Shown here in pieces: positions 46,628-55,618 of a DNA stretch of 63,541 nt. Position 1 is the stretch's first letter. Every line of letters begins with the position of its first letter. Both the position numbers and the translations under genes were made by a program. Under the pieces are notes generated by a model. That model was not told the DNA's origin, ran no database searches, and saw only the letters and a program-made list of their open reading frames with translations. This stretch comes from an uncultured Verrucomicrobia subdivision 3 bacterium. Lineage in GTDB: Bacteria > Verrucomicrobiota > Verrucomicrobiia > Limisphaerales > UBA11358. The DNA lies in assembly GCA_903888765.1 (NCBI GenBank), contig CAISVF010000481.1, positions 1 to 63,541 of the forward strand, read 5' to 3'.

Positions 46628-48446
46628 TTATTTTTGTGGGGGCTGGGTTGAAAGGTCTTCACTACATTGGTTGGTTGGGAGGTCGAGTATTTGCGCTGGG
46701 CCGAGGCGCGGCGGGGGTTGTTCGGGCAAGTTGAGTTGGAGTTGTTGCAAGAGCAGGCGCACGGCGCTTTCGGGTTGGGTATAGCGGCTCAAGGTGAGTT
46801 CTTGACCATCGGTGGTGGGCAGCACCACATCGAGCATCTGCACCCCGGCCAGTTGGTCCAGCGCCTGGCGTGGCGTCAGACCGGGAGCCAGGGCATTGAG
46901 CCGTTGTTTCAACGTCACCCACAGACAATACGCCAGAAAGCTCACGAAGATGTGCGCCTCCACCCGGGATTCCAGGGAATGGTAGATGGGCCGCACCTTC
47001 AGGTCGTTCTTGAAAGTCCGGAACACGCCTTCAATCTCCACCAACTGCATGTAGAGTTTCCAGAGCCAGGCGGGCTCCGCCGCCGTCAGGTTACTGCGCA
47101 ACAGATAATGGCCGTCGTAGAGTTCGGCCTCGGCCAGTTTCTCCTGCTGCACGGAAAACCGGAAGGTGTCCCGGTTGAGAGGCTGATCCACGGCGGGCAC
47201 CTGCACGGCCACAAAGCCCGCCGCGCGTCCGGCTTTTTGGCGGGCGGCCCCCAGCCGTTGCAGGAGGCGGTCCCGGGATTTCTCGCGGCGCAGCCCACGC
47301 AGAGTCCACAGCAAACGCGCGAGCTTCTTGCGGCGGATGGCGATTTCCTTCTGCCGTCGCCCGGCGCTTTTGGCTACGACGTAGAGTTCCTGGTCTTCCC
47401 GGAAGAGTTTGACCTCCACGGTGCCCTGCACCTTCTGCCAGGGGAGGTTTTCCCATTGGGCGCGGGTGGCTTTGGTGCGTGCCCGCGGGGTGCCGACGAG
47501 GTAGCGCACGGGCGGCTCGCTGGCGCGCAGGGCCGCGAGTTGTGCCTCGGTGGGAATGCCGCGGTCCATGATCCAGATGCGCTCAGCCTTGCCATGCAGG
47601 GCTTCCATGCGGGCGATGAAGTCCGGCAGCGTCTGTTTGTCCTGCGTGTGGCCCGGCATCACTTTATAGGCCAGCGGCAGCCCCTCGGTCGTCACCACCA
47701 GCGCCAGCACGACTTGTTGGCAATCCCCGCGATGATCCCGGCTATAGCCATAGGTGGCTTTGGGGATTTCCGCCCCGGCCCCCTCGAAATAGGTGCTGGT
47801 CAGATCGTAGAGGAGCACTTCGTATTTCACGCCGAAGAGATCCTGCCAGCGCGCGCAGGTGTTGAAAGAGCGCCGCCCGGTGGGGCAATAACCGGTCGAG
47901 CACGGCGTAGAGTTGATCCTTGTTGCCCAGCTGGAAATCCGGCCCCAGCAGATCGCCCAGGGCGCTGCGCGCATACCAGAGCCGCCAGCATTTCCATTCG
48001 CTGCTCGGGGCGATCAGCCGGTTGGCCACCGAGACCAGCAGGGTCTTCGCCCAATCAGTGCCGGCGCGCGTGCAGCCGAGTTTTTCCGCCCAAAAGGTAT
48101 CCAGCCCCAATTGCCGCCACAACTCGGTGGCCAGCCAGCAGTCGCCGTAAGCGCGGGGATGGCGGAGCTGGTATTCCTGCCAGCGGACTTGGAGGGCGGT
48201 AAGGGGATCGGGCGGGGGCGTGCGATCCGCAGGAAATAGCCGCAAGGTCTGGGCCTGCTGGGTGACCCGGTCGTACACGCTCAGGGCCTTGGACCAAGCC
48301 GCCTGCTGGCTGTCGTTGAGTTCGCCCAGGTAGAGGATAGGCTTCTGGACAGGGTGTTTACTGCCCGGATGACGAACACTTTCCACCACGCTGAAATAGC
48401 GGTGCGCTTTGCCATCCTTGATCCGTTTGGTCGCGCGCAGGAACAT
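46628..48446 (-). pseudogene. IS1634-family DDE transposase, split by a +1 frameshift
   Basis: N-terminal ORF 47742..48446 (MFLRATKRIKDGKAHRYFSVVES...) and C-terminal ORF 46628..47974 (..WQDLFGVKYEVLLYDLTSTYFEG.., IWIMDRG, YMQLVEIEGVFRTFKNDLKVRPIYH). The frames switch at a (GC)4 run, 47849-47856. Confidence 0.8.
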
Positions 48447-48532
48447 ATTGCGCGGAGGATAACACGGCCGGGGTAGGTGGCCGCAAGGGGGTGGGTCTTC
48501 ACTACAAGCGTTTGGTCCCGTTTTGACCAGCG

Positions 48533-48557
48533 AAAACCCCGGATTTACAGGGGTTTT
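48533..48557. terminator. Hairpin AAAACCCC / 9-nt loop / GGGGTTTT inside the IS 5' untranslated end
   Basis: Perfect 8-bp stem flanked by A and T runs on both strands, between the right IR and the transposase start. It could block read-through into or out of the element. Confidence 0.4.
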
Positions 48558-48681
48558 TACATCGGCAACCCCCGAAAATTTTCAAAAAACCTCCCCAACA
48601 TAGAAAGTTCGGTTAAAGGGGTCTAAAAAGTTGTTTTTGGCAACTGTTGGCAATCTTCATGACCCTCAATCAATGAAGTTG

Positions 48682-51195
48682 TTAATAAGAAGCCTGATGA
48701 TCGCCGGCACGGAGCGGGATTTCCAAACGGTTTCCTTGATGAGTTCCTAGAACATCCTGGCCATCCAGTCGGATACTCTCGTGAGCGTCACGATACGGAA
48801 GGGACAGCGTGGTTTTTATTCCCGACGGAACCGTAAGGGAAAACTTGAGTTCGCCCCTGGCTTTTGTCCAGGCAACCGACACCGGCCCGTATTCGGTAAT
48901 AACTATTCCCTGCGCTTGGTCCAAGTCTGCTAGATGAGGCTCGATAAGCAATTCTTTGCTGGAAACGGGAGCATCACGGCGGACACCCAACACATAGGCG
49001 CTAAGAAAATACCCGGGAAACATTCCATAGATATGCGCCTTGGAACTTCCTCCACCAAAGACCTCCCAGGAACACTGGCAGGGCGCATCCACCATCATCA
49101 CCCAATTTTTGCGGAATATATCCAGCACCTGCTGGTCATAAACCAGCTCATCCAACCCATAGAGCTGTTTCGCCAGATAATAATAAACCATCACGTGCCT
49201 TTTTTCTGCGGCTTCCTGTTTCAATAATGCCTGCAAAGCGCGCTTTCTTCTTTCAGGTGGAATTACTCCCCTATCCAAAGCAAAGACGCTGGAATATAGC
49301 GTTGGTGCGGCAAGATTATTCTCGCGGTGGAGAGAAAGCTTGCGCTTGGATTCTGCAAGGTCCGCATCGGTGAAGTATCCGGCAAAATATGTTCCCGCCG
49401 CATCGTTCCAAAGCACTGTGTTGATAGCCTGTTTCATATCGCTTGCCGCTTTGGAAAAACGACGGCTCTCAGCCAGGTCGCCAATGCGTGCACCCAGTTT
49501 GGCTGCATCCTCCAAGGCGCGGCAGACAAAGACATTCAGCGTCGTTCCCTCACCGGTAAAATAACCGACAGGATTGCCCCAGACCACCCAGTCGCGGGCG
49601 CGCACCAGACCTCGTTCGGTGCGGCGGTTCAGAAAGTAATCCATTTGGGCGACCACTGCCGGCCAGATTTCCCGCACCGCGTCCTTGTCTCCGGTGGCTT
49701 CTTCGTAAAGGCGAACTCCCTCCACCCAGTCGCAGGCTCGGTCCTCCATCTTGGCGTGGATATCGTAGCGGTCGGAACAGGTGTGAGCCTTTACCCACCC
49801 CTCAGGCTGGAGCGTGAGCGCCGTGCGGCGGATGAGTTCACCCAGCAGCCTCGGGTCTCCATAGTTGGTGTGGCCGTCACTGCCGGTCACGGCCATCGCC
49901 GTGCGCGTGATGTCGTAACCCGGCGGAGTGTCGTCCATCCACTCCACGCGTTCGCGATCCGCACAGTCCACGTAGGAATCCTCACTGAGCACCTGACAGG
50001 AACGGGAGCACAATACCCAAAGTCGGTCCAGAAACGGATCAGAACTGGTGAAGGCAGCCGGGCAATCAAAAGGATAGAGACGTTCCACTAGCTTGAATCC
50101 CGTAATCGTCGCCCGTCCTTTGGTGACCATGACCGCGCCATTGGCAAACCCGCGCGTGTCAATGGTGAAGTAGCTCTGGGGTCCCGCCTTGGCCACATAG
50201 GTGACACCATGGGGTTCAATCCGTAGCACTGTCCCCGCTTGAGCTTCCAATGTGATCAATGGATACGCCTGCACAATCCGGCCCGAAGAGAATTCCATTT
50301 TCTCACCGGCTTTGAGCGTTACCGGCAGAGTTACCCCGCTCGCAAAATACACAGGCACGACGGTTTCCCTGAGGCGGGGAATCCGCCGCGAAGTGATCGG
50401 GCCCCATGCAACTCCGGAAATTCTGGTCGCGGATTTCCATCGGGAATCATCGTAACCGGGCTGTGTCCAGTCGCCATCTTCCCTCGTGGCGTCCACCAAA
50501 GATTCCCCCAGGTCCGCCCAACTGGCACTCACGGTTCGGAAACGGGTGGAGTCCGTCCACTTCCATGATTCGTCCGTGGAACAGAGCGTCTGTTTGCCGA
50601 TTTGCAGCACTGCTGTCAAACCAGGTTGATGCCTCATCACTTTGCCTCCGGAGAGGTTTCCGATGCAAAGCAAGGCAACGCTGTTTTTTCCAGTCTGCAA
50701 ATAGGCAGCGATCTCCACCGTGTCGTATTCGGGCCCATTGGGCTGGAATCGTGCCGGCCCGCGCTCTACATACGTTCCGTTCACCCACAGGACATAACGG
50801 GCATCAGCGAAAAGTTGCAGGCAGGCGTTGGCAGGCTTCCGCCCCAAATTAAAAATTTTACGGAAACCAACGGCAACTCCCTGTTTGTCGCTGTCTCCCG
50901 GGGCATCCGTCCAGATGAAAGCCGACTGAAGCTGCTTTCCAGTCGGGTCTTGCACAATCCGCAGTACATCGGTCAAAGGTGGCGGAGCTTTTTGCTGCAA
51001 GCTTGCTATCTCAGGAACGGTTGAGGAACTTTTGGTGACTAGTTCAGCAGGAGTGCTAATGGCACCGCCACAGAATAGGGTTGCCAGCATGATGCCAAAT
51101 ACCGATTCCACTCTGCACAAGAAGCGGTATCGTCGCGTGATGGAAATCAACTGAAATGATGGAAATCTAGAATTGAGTGCAAGTGAGTTGTTCAT
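48682..51195 (-). CDS. GH78-like alpha-L-rhamnosidase
   Basis: YVDCADRERVEWMDDTPPGY resembles the GH78 D-C-P-x-R-E-R-x-G-W-x-G-D motif of the six-hairpin domain. 837-aa ORF. An alternative start at 51090 (MLATLFCGGAIS) is possible. Confidence 0.6.
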   Translation of the reverse strand: MNNSLALNSRFPSFQLISITRRYRFLCRVESVFGIMLATLFCGGAISTPAELVTKSSSTVPEIASLQQKAPPPLTDVLRIVQDPTGKQLQSAFIWTDAPGDSDKQGVAVGFRKIFNLGRKPANACLQLFADARYVLWVNGTYVERGPARFQPNGPEYDTVEIAAYLQTGKNSVALLCIGNLSGGKVMRHQPGLTAVLQIGKQTLCSTDESWKWTDSTRFRTVSASWADLGESLVDATREDGDWTQPGYDDSRWKSATRISGVAWGPITSRRIPRLRETVVPVYFASGVTLPVTLKAGEKMEFSSGRIVQAYPLITLEAQAGTVLRIEPHGVTYVAKAGPQSYFTIDTRGFANGAVMVTKGRATITGFKLVERLYPFDCPAAFTSSDPFLDRLWVLCSRSCQVLSEDSYVDCADRERVEWMDDTPPGYDITRTAMAVTGSDGHTNYGDPRLLGELIRRTALTLQPEGWVKAHTCSDRYDIHAKMEDRACDWVEGVRLYEEATGDKDAVREIWPAVVAQMDYFLNRRTERGLVRARDWVVWGNPVGYFTGEGTTLNVFVCRALEDAAKLGARIGDLAESRRFSKAASDMKQAINTVLWNDAAGTYFAGYFTDADLAESKRKLSLHRENNLAAPTLYSSVFALDRGVIPPERRKRALQALLKQEAAEKRHVMVYYYLAKQLYGLDELVYDQQVLDIFRKNWVMMVDAPCQCSWEVFGGGSSKAHIYGMFPGYFLSAYVLGVRRDAPVSSKELLIEPHLADLDQAQGIVITEYGPVSVAWTKARGELKFSLTVPSGIKTTLSLPYRDAHESIRLDGQDVLGTHQGNRLEIPLRAGDHQASY

Positions 51196-51218
51196 AATTC
51201 AGGTCGAGTTTAACTGGT

Positions 51219-52865
51219 TTATTCCTTCGCGGCTTGGCGTGTGGCGATGGGAACATAGCCCACCTCCAAACCCGGCGGCGGAGTCAGGATCAAGGCCGGG
51301 TCGAGTTCGGCCAATTTGCCGAACGCAGGTGGGGCCAGGTAGTCCCGATCTTTCTTCCAATTCCGGTGGAGTTTTTCGACCTTTACTTGCAGAGCCTCAC
51401 GCTCCTGGTCCGTCAAATCGGCGTTGAGCAACGCCGGCTGGTCGGCGAAGCGATACCAGTAATAAGTCACAACGCTTCCGTCGCCGGGGCGCGCTTTGAA
51501 TGGGCCGACCGATGGCCCGGGCTTTTTCCAGCAGCTGTTGGCATCGTCAGGCGTGACAAAGGTTAAAGGCTTTCTCTCACTGGGCCGGCCAAATTGCGCG
51601 TTGGCCAAACCGGTTTCCGCTGGAACCTCCTCCGCCCGCACGGGAACCCAATGCGGTTTTCCACCGCATTTCACCAGGTGGAAATATTCGGGAAGCTTCA
51701 CCAGCGAACCATTCTTGGAGTCGGTCTGCGTCACAACTTTGAGATCCCAGCGATAGCCGAAGGTGTTCGGATCCGCCGCCATTGGCGTCGCAAAGGAAAT
51801 CCATGCCAGTGGAACCCTGTCTTCCTTGACAGCGCTGTCCGGATAGATTTTCCAAGTGGCTCCCCCTTTGCCGGTGAATTGATGCAGGATGGCGCCTTGA
51901 GAATGAATCATGCCGCTTGCCTCGGCACCGCCATCGAACCAGATTTTCACCGAATCCCAGAGCGCTTGCTTGTTGTAAGAGGTGATCTGATGCACGAGCC
52001 AGGATTCGCCGTTGGTCGCACAGGGAAAGAAAGTTGGAGCCACGCGGGAGTAAGTCTCACCCCTCGCGTCAACGGCCTGAATACTGGGGATATGCTGCGT
52101 CTCCATTTGCAAAGCCCGATTGGGATTGGAGGGGCGGACATCGAGTAACATTCCCTTGAATTGAGGTTCGGCAACCACGCTGCCAGACCAGAAATACGGA
52201 GTAAAAAATGCCACCGGGCCTTTGAAATTTCGCGTGTTCAAAAAGAGCGTCCAGGACTGGTCTCCGGTCGGGATATCTTTGCCGGCGGTGGTCGTCTTGG
52301 TCGGAGTGAGTGGCAGCGGCAGGTAGCCATAGCCGAACAACTCGCCGCAAGTTCCCTGCTTCAGGTTCAAACCATCGGGCGGCCACAGCAGCCAAGGGCT
52401 GAGTTGCGCGATACCATATTTGCCTTTGGGTTGTTTCCAGTCTCTTCCTTTCCCGGCTCCGGGTCCGTTGGCCCATTCTCGGAAATTCGGTGCCACCCCG
52501 CCCATGATGAACTTCGGCGTTTCCGTGGCATACTCCGTGTCCCGCCACCAACCCAGACCGCCTTCGACATCGGAATACAGTTTGATTGAAGGCTGAGTTT
52601 CCTTCTGCGCGAACATCCAAGTGCCAAACAGGCCGGTTTGAAAACGTTGCCCCGGATATTGGCCCACCAATGGCCAGGCGGCGACATACATCGAGTAACC
52701 GGCGTTATAAGTTTCGGGTACTTTCTCATGAGGGACGATCAGGTAGCCGGCCATCTCGCCTTTCTGAATTGCGCTGGTTGTGGCGCCCAACGCCGGCAAT
52801 ATGGGCAAGACGAGCACGAGAGCCAGGCAGATAGTGAATAATTTAGCGAACTTCTTGTTTAACAT
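51219..52865 (-). CDS. Secreted protein of unknown function (548 aa)
   Basis: Signal peptide MLNKKFAKLFTICLALVLVLPILPALGA. No recognisable motif. Lies between the sulfatase and the GH78-like gene on the same strand. Confidence 0.75.
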   Translation of the reverse strand: MLNKKFAKLFTICLALVLVLPILPALGATTSAIQKGEMAGYLIVPHEKVPETYNAGYSMYVAAWPLVGQYPGQRFQTGLFGTWMFAQKETQPSIKLYSDVEGGLGWWRDTEYATETPKFIMGGVAPNFREWANGPGAGKGRDWKQPKGKYGIAQLSPWLLWPPDGLNLKQGTCGELFGYGYLPLPLTPTKTTTAGKDIPTGDQSWTLFLNTRNFKGPVAFFTPYFWSGSVVAEPQFKGMLLDVRPSNPNRALQMETQHIPSIQAVDARGETYSRVAPTFFPCATNGESWLVHQITSYNKQALWDSVKIWFDGGAEASGMIHSQGAILHQFTGKGGATWKIYPDSAVKEDRVPLAWISFATPMAADPNTFGYRWDLKVVTQTDSKNGSLVKLPEYFHLVKCGGKPHWVPVRAEEVPAETGLANAQFGRPSERKPLTFVTPDDANSCWKKPGPSVGPFKARPGDGSVVTYYWYRFADQPALLNADLTDQEREALQVKVEKLHRNWKKDRDYLAPPAFGKLAELDPALILTPPPGLEVGYVPIATRQAAKE

Positions 52866-52967
52866 GGCAGATTTTTGCCTGATGGGTTTCTTTCTCTATT
52901 CGATCTGATGTCGGACCTTGACGGGCTGGATCAGTTAAAGGTTTATGAGATTCAAAAGATGTCATCG

Positions 52968-54572
52968 TCATTGTTTGTTGCTGGGGTAGTTCAGTCGGCT
53001 TCGTCCAGACGCCTTTGTTTGATCAAGCAAGGTCTTTAGTTCCTTCACAATTTCGGGGTGTTTGAAATAAAGATTCATCTTCTCTCCCGGGTCGGTTTCG
53101 AGGTTGTAAAGCTGTCCTGGCGCATCCGGCGCAGTGTCAGGTAGGGCAAAGGGTTTCAGATCAGCATCGTTGTAGTTGTTTCCGCCGGAACCTGTGTGAT
53201 CGAGATATTTCCAAGGTCCCTTGCGGATGGCGAGCGCGAGACTGATGGTTTGATGCAAAGTGTAGGGACGCGTTCCTGCACCATCAGTTTTTCCGAGCAG
53301 CAAGGGTGATAGATCGATGCTGTCCTCGGCGACGTTGTCCGGGAGCACGGCCCCGGACAGCGCAGCGCAAGTCGCCATAACATCGGTGAGGCAGACGGTT
53401 TGGTCGTTGGTGCTACCGGCGGCGACTTTACCCGGCCAGCGGACGATAAACGGCACGCGATGGCCGCCTTCCCACTGGTCGCGTTTGAACCCGCGCCATG
53501 GCCGGGCTCCGTCATGGCCATAGTCGGCGCGCATATGGATGACTGTCTCGACTTCCGGCCCGTTGTCGCTGGAAACCATCACCACCGTATTGTTCGCCAT
53601 CCCGAGGCGTTCGATGGACTTCATCATTTCGCCCACAATGTAGTCGAGCTCATGAATGAAATCCCCGTGCGGCCCCGCTTTTGTAGTGCCTTGAAACTGC
53701 TTCGCCGCGAAAGAGGGCAGATGCACCGCATCCATGGAGTGCAGAAGAAAGAAGGGTTTTTCCGGATGGCTCTTGGCGTGCTGCTCAAGAAACTCGCGGC
53801 TTTTCTTAAGAAAGACCATGTCCAATTCTTCGAGATTGTAGTCCGGCGCGATCATGCCGGCGCGGTTATCAAAAGCATACGGATGCTTGGGCAGTTTTGA
53901 CTTATCAAGCATCCTGGTGGGCGGCACGGGAATGCGATCCCCATTAATGAAGGCATAAAGATGATCCGTGGCCGGGCAGCACGCCGTACCATAAAATTGA
54001 TCGAATCCGCGATGAATTGGCGCGTCGGGAATCGCGCGGGTGTAATCAATCAGCTTCACACCTGCGACGCCGCCTTCCGTGATGCGATGACCAGCCTTGT
54101 CAAAGAAGCTCAGGCCGACATGCCACTTGCCGGTCATGGCCGTGGCGTAACCCTGATTCCGGAGCAACTGTGGCAGCGTCAGTTGATCCTCTTTGATAAG
54201 ACAAGGACCACCCACGCCCTCAAAGACACCGCGATAAGGAATGCGGAAGGCCATCCGACCGGTCAATAGGCTGTAGCGGCTGGGCGTGCAAACTGTGGAG
54301 GGCGCGTGTGCGTCAGTGAAGCGCATCCCTTTGCTTGCCAGCCGATCGAGATTCGGCGTGGCGACTTTGGATTCCGCATTGTAGCAGCCAACATCGCCGT
54401 AGCCGAGGTCATCGGCGAGGATGAAAAGAATGTTCGGTTTGGCATCCTGCGGTTTTGAGCGGGGACTGGGTGAGTCCGCGGCGGTGGTGATGATTGGTGT
54501 CAGCACGAGCACTCCGGTGATGCAGGCGAGTCTGACGGCACAATTATGGAAGGTGAGAAAAAGTTTTTGCAT
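52968..54572 (-). CDS. Arylsulfatase (formylglycine-dependent sulfatase family)
   Basis: PNILFILADDLGYGDVG and the CTPSR formylglycine motif (STVCTPSRYSLLTGR). 534 aa with a signal peptide. Confidence 0.9.
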   Translation of the reverse strand: MQKLFLTFHNCAVRLACITGVLVLTPIITTAADSPSPRSKPQDAKPNILFILADDLGYGDVGCYNAESKVATPNLDRLASKGMRFTDAHAPSTVCTPSRYSLLTGRMAFRIPYRGVFEGVGGPCLIKEDQLTLPQLLRNQGYATAMTGKWHVGLSFFDKAGHRITEGGVAGVKLIDYTRAIPDAPIHRGFDQFYGTACCPATDHLYAFINGDRIPVPPTRMLDKSKLPKHPYAFDNRAGMIAPDYNLEELDMVFLKKSREFLEQHAKSHPEKPFFLLHSMDAVHLPSFAAKQFQGTTKAGPHGDFIHELDYIVGEMMKSIERLGMANNTVVMVSSDNGPEVETVIHMRADYGHDGARPWRGFKRDQWEGGHRVPFIVRWPGKVAAGSTNDQTVCLTDVMATCAALSGAVLPDNVAEDSIDLSPLLLGKTDGAGTRPYTLHQTISLALAIRKGPWKYLDHTGSGGNNYNDADLKPFALPDTAPDAPGQLYNLETDPGEKMNLYFKHPEIVKELKTLLDQTKASGRSRLNYPSNKQ

Positions 54573-54587
54573 TATGGTACGCTGCTA

Positions 54588-55130
54588 TCAATGGCTATCG
54601 AGCAAGCGCTTCATCGCTCCGCCCATTGACTCACCTATCAGGTAAAAAATCTCACCATTGGAGTTCCAATGATAGCCCTGTTTTTTGGGGAACTGTTCTT
54701 GGGGACGCCAGAACGCCCGAGTGCTCACGAACGCGACGTTGCCCTTGAACTCCGGGTGTTCCGCCACGACCGCTTGCGCTTTCATCAAAGATAACGCGCG
54801 CGGGTTCTTCTCCGTCGGTTTTGTCATCCCGGATTCGCCAACGACGAACGGCCGCGCGGGCACGCCGAGATCCTTGCGCATGTCCTGGATGAAGTGCGTC
54901 AGGTTGGTTTCGTATTCGGCATAAAACTTCCCGTTGAGGTGGTTGTTCCAGCCTTGATGCCAACCGAAGCCCGCAAGCACATGACTGCCGTCACTGCCGG
55001 GCATAAGTTCCTGGAGGTTGGCGAGTGCGGCTTTCGTGAGCACCAACGCCTCGCAATAATATTCGCCGACAATAGCGGGATCGGCTGCGATAGCAGCGTC
55101 GTCCTTCGGGCCGAGTGAATACGGCAGCTT
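54588..55130 (-). pseudogene. SASA-family esterase remnant (C-terminal approx 180 codons only)
   Basis: KLPYSLGPKDDAAIAADPAIVGEYYCEALVLTKAALANLQ... aligns with residues from GKLPYSLGPKDDAAIAADPAIVGKYY onward of 42647..43639. It lacks the GQSNMEG catalytic N-terminus, and a TGA sits immediately upstream in frame. Confidence 0.85.
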
Positions 55131-55131
55131 G

Positions 55132-55461
55132 CTTCACTGGATTGAATTGCTCGGCGAACTCGCGACACTTCGCTACGTGAATTTTCGCCGGGTTTATGAT
55201 CCATTCGCCGTAGCCAGTGCTGTCGCCGTATTTACCGGCCGGCACGGAATAAATGCCCCAGTGGATGAATAAACCGAACTTCGCCTCGCGCCACCACGCC
55301 ATCCGCGCATCGCGCTGGTCAGGTGATTCCTTCAACGCCTCCAAACGTGCGCCACTCGTCTCGACAGTCACGCCCTCGCTGGACGCGGAATTGGTTGAAG
55401 CTACGGCATATGCCGGGATCAGGTTTGGCGCCAGCCAGGCGACCATTGTTCTTGTCTTCAT
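55132..55461 (-). pseudogene. GH29 alpha-L-fucosidase remnant (N-terminal approx 110 codons only)
   Basis: MKTRTMVAWLAPNLI.. signal, then ARMAWWREAKFGLFIHWGIYSVPAG..EFAEQFNPVK. It then runs out of frame into the SASA remnant. Confidence 0.8.
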
Positions 55462-55618
55462 TAATTTAATGAGAGTGACTTCAATTTTCGTTCAAAATTT
55501 GGCAGGCCATATCTCATGCTGTCAAAGGCCGTCGGTGCTGCCGGGATAACTGTATAGTTCGTTGGGCACAGCCCGCGCCCATCAGCTAGATGGTTACTAC
55601 CTTCATTTCGGTTTATAT

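Larger units (their letters stand above)
46572..48616 (-). mobile_element. IS1634-family (IS4-superfamily) insertion sequence, approx 2045 bp
   Basis: Imperfect terminal inverted repeats: TTAACCCGACTTTCTATGCTCG (46572-46593) against the reverse complement of 48595-48616, TTAACCGAACTTTCTATGTTGG (18/22). They enclose a DDE transposase reading frame. No target-site duplication seen. Confidence 0.75.

Noticed and set aside
45843-46784. 313-aa plus-strand ORF spanning the oxidoreductase 5' end, the spacer and the IS left end
   Set aside because: It runs antisense to a well-supported gene and across an IS boundary. It stays open only because the plus strand is G-poor, so there are few stop codons.
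46667-48202. 511-aa plus-strand ORF
   Set aside because: It is antisense to the IS1634 transposase. The product is Gly/Arg/Pro/Ala-rich low complexity with no motif, whereas the minus strand carries clear DDE/IS4 signatures.
46654-48506. 13-bp direct repeat GGTCTTCACTACA at 46654-46666 and 48494-48506, 82 and 110 bp inside the IS ends
   Set aside because: The orientation is direct, not inverted, so they are unlikely to be symmetric transposase sites. By my rough estimate, tens of chance 13-mer matches are expected in a 63.5-kb window.
46560-48630. Target-site duplication flanking the IS1634-like element
   Set aside because: The flanks (..CATGGCAAG | and | AGGGGTCTA..) share no direct repeat of 4 bp or more at the IR boundaries.
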